From Botryllus schlosseri (lineage: Eukaryota), in the NCBI GenBank assembly GCA_051294905.1, contig CM119375.1, forward strand, positions 13,392,001-13,456,000: a stretch of DNA of 64,000 bases. The letters run 5' to 3'. Every line of letters starts with the position of its first letter. The stretch's first letter is position 1. Of the stretch, positions 28,701 to 40,700 are shown piece by piece. The notes below the pieces were generated by a model. It was given only the letters and a program-made list of their open reading frames with translations. It did no database searches and was not told where the DNA came from. The position numbers and the translations under genes are program-made.

Positions 28701-31700
28701 GCCGGTCAAGAGTCAGCCCCGCCGCCGCCTCCGACACGCACGTCGAAAAGCAAAGTACTCGAATCGGCCCGGGCCAAGAGGCTGGCTCAAAAGTCGGAAC
28801 AGACCTCCCCGCGTCCCGAACCCACAAAAGACATTACGGCCGAACTGCCCGGCCGGGGCAAGCCCGAAATCGAAACGACGGCGGGCCGGGAAAAAATCAA
28901 GAACGATGAGAGGCCAGTGCCTAAAATCGAGGTTTTGAAAGACAGCGAGACGAAACCGGTAGTGTCATCGACACCGTCGGTACCGTCGACACCATCAGAC
29001 GTGATATCGACAAAGCAGAAGCTGATGATGGACATGCTGTACTCGAACCAGGCGGTCAAAGAGATTCGCGAGTCTGAAAGCGACGACGCTTCCGGGGACG
29101 AGAGCGAGAAAGACGAAAACAAATCCGTCCCGGCGAACGGGACGGCGGGCACTGCCAAGGCGGCTTTTGAAAAAATTCTGGCTGGACAGATTGCAGCAAA
29201 GGGTGCCCCGCCAGGTGATGTGCCCGTCACGCCAACACCGGCCAAGCCGGCCGTGGTAGAGCAGCCGGCGGTCCCGAAAAAGGACAGTGACATCATGTGG
29301 GAGAAATTACTGGAGCAGAGCGCTCAGGTTTGATAGTTTATGTCTTTTATTCAAAACAAGGTCTAGGATACTTAGTTTTTGTGTACTTGGAAATTACTCC
29401 TGCGTGTACCTGAGTACCAGCGATAAATACCTTCTCTACGATCGCAAATAAAATAGTGATGGTCACACTCGACAGAATTTATATTCTCTCCTTTGTCGCT
29501 ATGGAGTGCGCCCCTTGATAACGCTGGCAACAGTGCCGCGGCCGCCTGGTTGTTATGGTAAATTTGCTCGCAAAAGTGATCCATACCAGCCCGAAAACAG
29601 CTTTCTACTTCTCAAACTCAGTATTGCGAGCAGAGAAAGTAGACAAATCTTGGTTGAGTAATCCCGTAAAATAGGAGTGCTTCGTTACTGACCGTCTCTG
29701 ACTGTGACTATCGAAGAAGTCCAACAATTAGCCCCGACTATATACGCGTTTGGAATATGTGGAACATATATGGAAGTCGACGATCGACATCTTTGGTTTG
29801 ACCGGATATACTATCGATTTTGGTTTATCCGTATCTAGCGAAGGATTATTGAAAAGTAAAATGTAGTATTGCCATAAGTTTATATCGCTTTTATGAGTGA
29901 ATTTGTCGTAAAAAACGTGTGAAATAACCCCCGTGTCACGACAAGTCGATATAGATTTGAAGATTGCACATATTTGTTGTGTAATTAATAACATTCGTTT
30001 GGAGTTGGTCACGAAGATACCTATTCCAATTTCGGAATTAGTCACTTCACATTAGCTGCGAAAATGCATGCGACCACTCGACCAAATCTACTATTTCAAA
30101 GTGCTTTTGAGTACTGTCGCGCCTTTCATTTTGTGCTTCCACTTGAAGTAATGTCATTTTGACATGACTTGGAATTAGCTAGTAGGCCTTGACTACTTCT
30201 GTTTTACCAGGGTTGTGACCAAGTCACAAGGTTCCGAGTCACAAGTCAATCTCACTTTTATAGTTTGACTCGAGTCAAGGGAGTTATTTTCAATTCACCA
30301 CCGAGTCAAGTCCGAGTCAGTGAGTAGAGGTTCGAGTCCGAGTCATTATGTTCGCTGTTCAGTTTTGAGTTCAATCTGGTTCAACACTCATTTTTCAACT
30401 CTGCTCAAGTGATATAGAATAGCTCGCATTTATAATATCTCCATTTTCCTCAGTCCTAACAGTTTCTGGCCCAATTTTCCATGTCTCAGGACGGATGGAC
30501 GAAATACCAATTATGTGGAGACTTTACTATTCTTCGAAGTTACAATGTAATGTCTGTCTTGACGGTCCTAGTCTCGAGTCATATGGCTTGGTTCGAGTCA
30601 TGCGCAATGATTCGAGTGCAAGTCGAGTCAACACACAAATTGACTCGAGTCACGCATTCGAAAACATGACTCGGGTCAAGTCGAGTCACCAAAAAATCAT
30701 GACTTGAGTCCAGTCATGACTCGAGCCATTACAACCTTGGGTTTTACTGCCTCTGTGACGTTCTAGCTAACAGATTTCTTTGCGTTTTCAACAGCAATCG
30801 CTGAAAGTCTCCGACTTTGATTTCACCGACCTGACGTCGGCGGACGACGTCGACATTATTACAAAGTTCACAGCCCCGGCACCAACAACAAAGGCACCAT
30901 CGGGATCCGGTCCACCTGTCCCGCCACCTCCAACCCCTGTACCGGGGGCGCCGCCTCCCCCACCGCCCATGGCGCCTCCTCCACCGCCACTGGCTCCAGT
31001 TCCGAACGCACAGACGCCGAAATCGCAACCTTCCAAAAAGCAAAGGACTGTGAGGCTGTTTTGGAAAGAGGTGCGTTTTTCTGTAGTCTGTAACAACTTA
31101 ACTGCTACCAATAACTACTGTATAGATTCGGGATATGCGTTGAGATAACAGCCTGGCCAATATATCAGTTGATATCTGTATCCGAAGTAGCGCAGTACTT
31201 GAATATTACTCATTGTGGCATCACAGCAGTGTAATCATGTGTAAAGTTCAAATACCATGTACGTTTTAGGCGACCGCTATACTGCCACTGCTACATGAAA
31301 TTAAAGATTGAAGTTGGTAATTTTCGACCATACTTATTTCATTGCATTTAGACAATGCCATGAGATGATCTAATGATCACAAATCAGCAGAAATGTCATT
31401 TCCACTAACATGCTTATTAGGGTTGTTCAAAAATAACTTTTTACCTGATCCTGGGGATTCACTGATTAAATATTTGGGTTGCCTAAAAATAAAGCTGCGC
31501 AACAAATTTTGCTCAATTCCAACCCAAGCGAATTGAAATTTCTCATTCATTGTAAAAAGAAAACCAAATTTTTTTATCAAATTCTACTGTAAACCTCATG
31601 AAATTGTTGACTTGTCTACAAAAACAATGCAAAACAAATTTGACGCAATTCCGATCTGTAGAAGAGTCGTTATTTGAGTTTTTCAATAATAAATCTGGGT

Positions 31701-34700
31701 TTTCCAACTGAATTTAAATCTTTCAACTTCAATAACTTTGCTTCTACCTGTTGGAATTGAGCAAAAATTGTTATGCGTCGTTCTTTTAGGCAACTTGACA
31801 ATTTTATGGCGTTGACGGTAAAATTTGAATTGGCTCTGCGTCGGCTTTTACTGATTGGAATCAAGCCAAATTTGGTGTGCACCGTTCTTTTAGGAAACCT
31901 AACAATATAATCAGTGAATCCCCGAAATCCGGGAAAAAAAGTTATGTTCTACTAACCCTAGTGTGTAGCTTTGTGTTTCATGTTCCGTATGGAAGTTACG
32001 GTATTGTTGCATATGCAGTAATGCTGAGATGATTTATGAGACCGTGGGAGTTCGCTTATTGACGAAACTGGGCTCCAGTCGAGAATTCGGCGGCGCATGA
32101 CAAGTCGGGTTGTTGTTTATTACCTTCGTCTTTTCTCCGCAGGTCAAGGACGCGAGTCCAAAGTCTTTTCGTAAGCCTTCCACCGTGTGGGAAAATATCG
32201 AAGACGTCGCCATCAACGAAGCCAAAATTTCGCATCTGTTTGAATTGAGGACGAAAGACGTAGTGAAGGTATCTCGCCGTTTCATTGTGGGAGATTTCGG
32301 TGTGTGCTCGAGCACGAGTTCTAGATCAGAATAGATTATGTATTTCGCCAATTTCTGCCACAGAAAAGGATGCGGATCAGGTAAATGGTAATTTCTGGCA
32401 CATCGTTTTTCGTTCTCAGTCATTCCGCTCGGCTGTATTTGAATTGCGTTCACCCATTGGAATGGACACGAAAGCAAACTTTTGTACCAGAAAGTGTCGA
32501 TGAGCTGATTTTCACCATGGTCTATGGTGGAAATCTGGTAAATACACCCCGTTTTTCACCCACGTATTTACGCTGTAGGGTACGGGCAACAATATTGGCT
32601 GATACGAGGTCTATGTTTTTGGTCTACTTCCACTTAACAGTTTTTAGGATATGTTTGCATAGCTTTTATGAGTGAAGTGGTCATAAAAACCGTGTGAAAT
32701 AGCCCCTGTATCACTATAACTGAATGCAGCCGCCTCCGATTTACTGCTACTATTCCGCGATTCCTCGAGCAAATCTACTTTCGTAACTGATTACTCGCAT
32801 TTTCCAGACTTTCACTGTATAGTTCCACATGTAGTAGCATTGACGCGTCTCGCGAATTTCTCCAACTTGAGTATTCCCAACGCCAACTGCTCTGACCGCG
32901 TCTGTTACCGAAAATTTAGAAACAGCAAGTCGACAAGAAGAACCGCATCACCGTTCTGGACCCGAAACGGTCCAACGCAATCAACATCGGTCTCACGGTT
33001 CTGCCGCCGCCCAGAACAATCAAGTCCGCCATTTTGCACATGGACGAGTTTACGCTGCACAAAGAACAAATCGACGTGAGTGGACGACGGGCTACCTGTA
33101 ATCTGGTTATCTCGCACTCGAGACGATTGATGTTTGCTTTTATAGATTAAAGTAGGAAAGGTACACAGCGATAATTCCTCAGCATGTGAATACATATATA
33201 CCTTACTCTTGTTAAGTAATTAAAGGCGTTCAGGACTGTGGAGTGAGTTTCGATTTCAGGGTTCTGACGTTATTTCGTGTGATGTCACAAATCATTCTGT
33301 CAATGGCGTATTAATCGTTTTATCAGTGTATGGAATATTGCCGTTGGCATGGTTTTGATGTCAGCCAAATTTGTATTTGTCGTGATTATCAACTGATGTG
33401 GTCAGTAAAGAACTGCTTCTACCTTTTTAGAGTATTAACCTCTGAGGCTTAGTATAGCGTGATATATCCTCTGTATCACTATAACTCGATATAGTCTTGA
33501 AGGATGTACATAAAACGTACATTTTTCGGAAATAGATCCTGTTATTGTGATAGGGGGCTATTTATACCTGTCGTCCTGACGATTCAACTCATAAAAGCAA
33601 TCCAGACCTGTCCCAAAACGACTTCCTTCTTTTCGAAATCCACAGTGTAGAAGTTATTATTATTGCCTGTAGTATTTCTAAGTAAGTGAAATAGGAAACA
33701 CTCCAGGCCTAGTATTTGCTTACAAAATGCAGATTGTCAAGTGGAAGTAGCCTAAATTCATACCCAGTCGGGTGGCACGAGTATTCAAACCTACTTGATA
33801 ACTCTGAAAAAGTAGAAGTACATAGTTACTGACCGCCTCTGCACACTGTGTATGACAATACAGCCTATCCCAAAACAAAGTTCCACTTTTGAAAATCTGA
33901 ATTGTGCAAAGGAAGTCTTGGAATTTCTATCGAGAAGAAGTGAATGCACACTCTTTAATCATAACCACTAAAGTATGCAGTTCATGTAGGCAAAACCTAA
34001 TTGAGTACTTCAGAAATGTAGAAAACTTACTCTGGTGTGGTCTGGTGCTACTCAAACACGGCTAGCCAGGGCGTGCCGTGGGCGTTGTCAATCCGGTGGC
34101 GAAATCCTATACCTGCCAATGCGTTTTCAGAAACTGCTCGCCATGATCCCGACCAAGGAGGAGACGGCCCGTATTCAAGACGCGATGCAGGAAAATCCCG
34201 ACGTCCCGCTGGGCAACGCCGAACAGTTTTTGTTGACCTTGTCTTCGGTCAGCGAGTTGCGGGCGAGGTTGCATCTCTGGTCGTTCAAGTTGGATTACGA
34301 GATTCAGGAAAAGGTAATACTTGTTTCCATACAGATTTCCGACCGGCGCTATTTGCTGCAGTGACGTTACGAATCGAGCCTTGAACTTCTGAATTTTCAA
34401 ACTCTTCAGTGCTAGAGAACTCTAGTTCGATAATTTCACTCCTTTGCCACCCTGTAGCCCCATTCGCTGCCGTGATGTTGGAATAGAGCCTTGAATTTCT
34501 CAATTTTTAAACTGTTCAGCACCGGGTTACTCTAGTTCCACGATATCACGCCTTTGCCACGTTCCCGGGCCTTTGAGATTGGCCAAAACCCGCCGGTTCT
34601 TAAATTATGAGTAGGCAAGTTTTTGTGGCAATTAAATGCGTGGAAAGTCGCACTTATTTTTCCCAAAAGTTGCATGTATTTTTTCACAAAAGTTGCACTT

Positions 34701-37700
34701 AAAGACCACATTTTGGTCGCATGACTAAAAAAAAAGGTCAACTGCCCAGTTCCGCTCCCGATATACAGTTTTCCATCCACATTCTCCATTGGTTGACTAA
34801 AAAAAAAGGTCAGCTTTCCGGCTCAGCTCCCGAAATACCCGTTAGAGCGTTACTTCAGTGCTGATTTACGGTATTTCCGTCAAATTTGGCCGTGTATTTC
34901 ACCAAAATTCTCAAAAAACAGTGACGTAATTGCCAAATATTTCCAGTAAAAAGCTGGTTGCATGCAAAATCGAAACAATTTTCATGAAAAATCGAAAAAG
35001 TTGCAAAAAGTTGCATGAAAAAAATGGACAAAAAGTTGCACTATAAGATTCCTTGACAGGGCTTGAAACAGCATTCTACATAACTTGCGAGTATTTAGGA
35101 AGCTGTAAAAAAAAGTTGCAAAAACTTGCCCTAATTATGAGACATGGTTTGACATAGTGAGCAATGTTACGTTAGGTGTGGTACTTCTGACTTGTGCCCT
35201 GCCCGGAATCCAAAGGGTAATGAGAAATCGCGTTATGCTAGAACAGTAGTTTCATTTGTGTTTCTGAATAATCCGCACTTTTACATACTACATAAATCTT
35301 AAAGATCTTCTTGGAGGTACAGAACTTCAATATACAACTGAATAGTATATTCGTATCGAAATGAACCCGAATATTTTCGGCTGACACTCGTCAGGGGTAA
35401 TCGTCAGCAACTAGTAGAGTATTGGAAAGAAGATTATATAGATCAAATAAGTGAGTGTTCAATGTACTATTTTAAGATGGTCCACAAACTCCATTTGTTG
35501 ACAATAGAAATACATCAGCCCAAGCTTCGTCAACAAAGGGAGTTTGTGTACCATCTTGAAATAGTTCATCGAACACTCTCTTATTTGATCTCATTTCATG
35601 CTGTGACGTCATATTTCGAGATACGATTGTTGATATACAATGTTCTTTCCAATTCTCGACTAGTTGCTGAACGAGTGTCAGCCGAAAATATTCGTGTTCA
35701 TTTCAATTTGAATATACTATTCAATTACATGATCTTGCTAGGTTTAACTTGTTCGCTGCTGTGGAGTTGGGGTTCAATCTAAGGCAGTTCGCCTTTCGAA
35801 AATACCCTGCCGGTTCAACACTTTATAGGGCTTTTTGAACTGAGTCTTTGGGGTCAAAATTGTCCGCAGTCAAACCAGACCGATTTGTTCGAATTCCCCG
35901 AAAAAATTGTGAAGCCGTTTTAAAATTTACCAGGAAATCGCGGAGCCGTTAATCGATCTACGAGACGGTGTGAAGCAATTGCGAAACGACAAAACTTTTC
36001 GGGGCATCCTGGCCGTTCTGAAAAGCATCGGGAATTTCCTAAACGGATCCAAGGTACGCTCAGTACTTGCCTTTACCAGCCGTGTCAAACTTTAAAGCCT
36101 CGGCTTAACAGGCGAAAGGCTTTGATGTGCGGTATCTCTCCAAAGTCCCTGAAGTGAAGGACACTGTACACAAACAATCACTGTTACACCATCTGACACA
36201 AATGGTACTCGAACACTTTCCGAATTCGACGGATTTCTACTCTGGAATCGGGTCGGTGACCAGGGCTTCGAAGGTAACGCGCCATATGGACCTTGTTTTC
36301 ACATTCCTACGGTGACAATTGTGTGGGTTTTGTCGGGATAGGCTATTCTTAGCAGGTTACCTCGATGTTTGATTAGTGTATTGTAACAATAGCTACGTGT
36401 GACTGGGAGAGGACAATGCCTACATTAGTTTACGTACGTCGAACAATGGAATAGGGTTTGATGTCGAGATTTTATATTCGATTGCTTTGTTTCGGCGATG
36501 GTGAATAAACCCGGCTTTGATGGTTTTCGAGCCGCAATCGACGCCTCACCAGGAAATCATTCTGCAACGTTGAGTTGAATTCCTTTTGGTCTTTTATGGT
36601 CAATTTGCCTCACTGGCAGTATTTGTCACCGTATGGAATACCCAGTGGGATTAAAAATAGATTTTTAACTCAGCTTCCTTACTTGCTTTCATTTCCTGTA
36701 CAATTTGGATGCATTGCCATTTCACTTTATCCACCCCAACTATTTGTCGACATGCAACGATGTAAAATGACTAGAAATGAAGGTCTCCAGGAAGTAGTTT
36801 CAAGGAGTAGAATTGGCCGAGAGATTGCGTAATTTCAGCGATTAATCGACTGTTGCTACTTTCTAAATTGCAAGTTGTATATTCCAGGCTAATGCAAAAT
36901 AACTAAAGATACCACAAATGATTGCAATCTTCGAATAAACATGTAGTGACCGCAATGCATGGGCTGCTTCATGCTTTCTATGACAAAATCACTATTTCTC
37001 TAACGCTGCAAACTTGTCCCCAATCTACTTCCTTCTAAATCGAATGTGCAAATAGCATTTTTGCTTAAAAACTGTTAAGGACAAGTGGAAATAACCTAAA
37101 ACAGAATTGCTGGAGTAGTTCAACAAGGGCAAAATCTGCTTGAGTCGTTTGGATAAGTAGTATTAGTGTTACTAACCACTGTTCTGTTCGTGCTAGCAAC
37201 CTTATTTTCAACCTACCTCCTTAATGACCACAGGTCGACTTTGTCTTGCTGGAGGAAACGTTGGCATCGCTCGAGGTCCGGTGCAAGGCTGCTTGGGACC
37301 ATCTGAAAACGATAGCCCGGCATGAAACCAAAGCGCAGCAACGGAACAAAATGTCTGATTTTCTGCTCACCGCCGGCAGGAGGATTATTACGCTCGGAGT
37401 GGTGCATAAGAGATTGCTGAATCGGTAAGCGTAGTTTTCTGACATCTTTCAAGTTCTATGCGAATTTCCAATAACTTTGAGCAGGGGCGGCCAACCCGTA
37501 GCCCGCGAGGTGATTTTCGAAATTAGTTATATCATAAAAATGAATTGCCCACAGATTGTGAACTTTCAAGGCCGACCAAAAATTAGTCTGGCCGCAACAC
37601 TTGGGATGTTGGTGACTAAAATATCAGTTCCGACGCATTGGCAGGTCCATGGGCCAGTCACATTTTTGGTAGATCTTCGTACACTACAATAAAGTATAAT

Positions 37701-40700
37701 GATTCGCGGTAGATTTATCTTACGTGTAAAAATTTTCGTGCAATATGTCGTCACTATATTTCTTGCTTTTAATATTTGTTATCCCCTCCTGAAAATTACA
37801 GAAAAACACCTAATATACCAGATTGAGTCTATCTATGTTCGCACTTACGAGAAAAAGTGTCGTCCAACATGCGACCTTGCGTTTGCGCTCGCAGAAAGAC
37901 CGTCAACAATCAAACTTGGGCACAAAATGATTGAGGCTTGTCGGCCGAAGGTTTCAATATCGATATGTCCTTGCACACTGAGCCCAACGGTATGCGGCAA
38001 ACCCGCAATATACTCAAGTAACAATATTATTGACTTATAAACTTATAAAAAAATTGGCGCGTAGCTTGTGGCCCGCGAAATGGTTCGTCAATCGCGCGTG
38101 GCCCTCTGGCCGAAAAGGTTGGCCACCCCTGACTTTGAGCCATTTCCGGATTGGTTGTTATAGAAACATGAACAGATAGATCGATTGTTTTATGTCGTTG
38201 TGCAAGCGATAATCCAGCACCAGGCCGCCGCTTGTTCAATTGATATCCATCAAGTAATTTGGATTTGCAAATTTGAAAACCGCTTGTCTCTGGACTAGTC
38301 AATCCGTGCCTGTCTCAACTTTTCGGCGTCTTACCCTGGTCGTTTCCGCCACAGGTTTCACGAAACTCTCGTATTCTTCGGGTTGTCGCCACGCGAAGCG
38401 GTCGACACGACACCCTCGTCGTTCTGCCGCATGATATCCGAGTTTGCGTTGGAATACAGGACGGCGCGCGAGAGGGCGCTGACTCAGCAGATGAAACGCC
38501 AAAAGCGTGGCGAGAGGAATAAAACGCGGGGGAAAATGATCACAGAGGTATGAGACATCTGTTTTCTGTACGGCGTGTTCTTCTGTCTTTTGACGCTGGT
38601 AGCACGTCAGGGGACGGCAGATGTGGTCAGTATTGAAGTAGGTATCGCCTAATTGCACTGCTTACTTGAGTACTATGATTTTATACTTCTTACACTTCTG
38701 CTCCACAGTTTTTAAACACATTTACTCAGTTTTTGGAGTTTGTAAAAATTGTAATGTACTGTACTTAACTACTGATCGTGTCTGGGTTCGTGTTGTTCTC
38801 TGCGCCACTCAGCTCGCTTAGACGCAACGTATGCCATTTGTCAAGTACTGCATACTGCAATATCCAATCTGTATTGAAAAAGCAATAAAACTTTGTCTTC
38901 TCGTGTCTGTTGAAATTGTTCAACGATATCTCCGACTCCATGTCGGCAATAGTTGCCGGTTGTCAGCACTCGTGGCGCCTCCATCGTAACTATGCTTTCT
39001 TTCTCTCTCTTTCTTTTCTCTATCTCTTTCTTGTCGTCAAGGGAGAGATCTTGTCGGACAGCAGCGAACCGGAAAGCGTCGACCATCATGTTGTGAGTGA
39101 TTTTCAGTTCCCGCATTTCTTCTTTTATCCGACTGAAATATGTCCCCATCGCCACTCTTTTTTTCCTTGTGCTGCTGCCAAAATATGCGAATATTCTGGC
39201 ATTGTTTATTATGATGTTCATCTTGTTATTTTCAACTAGTTTCGATGTTGTTTTTTCATCTACTAACATCCCGGATAGTCACAATGTCGCTCTCGGGTAT
39301 AAAGCGAAGCTGTTGACCGAATAGTTTGCAACCTATGTGGTTGAAATATGTATGCAGAGCTCTGTTTTTGAGCTTGTGTTGGGCCGTTAACCTGCGGATC
39401 CTTATAAAACTGCAAATTCCATCCCTGTGAATGTTGTGGAGGGTGTGGTCGGCCACGCTGCCAAAAAGGTGCCATGGCAGATACGGCCGTGGTACTGAAT
39501 GGATGGGCTGGGTCTTGTCACTATGGCTGCCCTTGCCCAAGTTATCTACAAAACATTGCGGTAGAGCCCCTCGTAATCTTGTGGTGTTTTGAAAGAATAA
39601 GATTATTAATAAACTGTCTGCTTCAGCCTTATATCCAAGTCCGTTGGTGCTATTAAGTAAAGAGGGCTTTGCTCCTTTTGAGATTCAGGGTAATCTCACG
39701 AGCTAAATTATTGTCTTGTGTGTATTTTCAAATAAAATAAATCTGCATCTACTCATTATTACTTAGCTACACTCAATAATACTTTAGATAATGGAGATTT
39801 TGTCTTCTCGATATACATGCCATGTCATGACTTGTAAAGTTGCTGGTGGCAACTTCAGGTTTTGCAATGCCAAAACGACTGATGACATCATCGCAATACA
39901 TGTCCATATGCCAAGTACCATGATAAACAGACCTTACTACCGGCAATATAACAACATAGCTCAGCATCCGAACACTTTATTTGTTGTTGTATGTAGCCAT
40001 ATTTCAAGCGCTCAACATAGCGATTGTTCCATTGAATTCATCACATGTAATTCAATAGCGGGGACTGGGAAGCGGCCTGTGTAGAGATTTTACAATACAA
40101 TGTGAATTAGTGACATTCCTTTTCCATTCAAGAGAAGGTGGTTGGCGTTTTGTGGTATGCGATCGGACCCGTTTAAATTTATGATCATATTAAGCTAGCC
40201 TTAGTCCGCTGCACAGTAATCAATTGCCGTTCATTGTCCTTGTTACATTGGATGAGTCGACGAAAAGACAAGCCTACGCATTAGCCAATGTTTTGTGTCA
40301 TGGCAGTTCATGTTACGTTGCGTGCATTACGCCACAGTCACAACATGCAAAGGACTTTACTCACTTGATTTGATTCCCGAAATCTTATGCGATAGCAAGC
40401 GGTATACATGTTGCATTAACGGTGTGCTCGAAACTTAATTTATTATCTGACAAGTGACATCCCAATATTAAAGTGCGCTCACCTTGCTAAAATGAATTTC
40501 GATGGGATTCTTGTTTCTTTATAAGATGCTGGGCTAGTTAGTTAAAGTATGGTATGGCTTTTTCCAGAAATGACTTCATCGCTAGAAACTTATCTAATGT
40601 ATCGTATTGATGATTCTCGTTCTTGATCTACTGCAAAGTTTGAAGCAGCATACAGGATGTTGAAATTCCAACTCCCGTTAGTTGTGCATGGAGCAAGTTC

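Noticed and set aside
26124-31111. Long minus-strand and alternate-frame ORFs at 26124-26541, 28579-29296 and 30744-31111
   Set aside because: Shadows of GC-rich FHOD exons.
38841-39269. 142-aa minus-strand ORF with a K/E/R-rich segment, as a nested gene
   Set aside because: The charged segment is the reverse complement of the CT-rich pyrimidine tract of the FHOD cassette exon at 39042.
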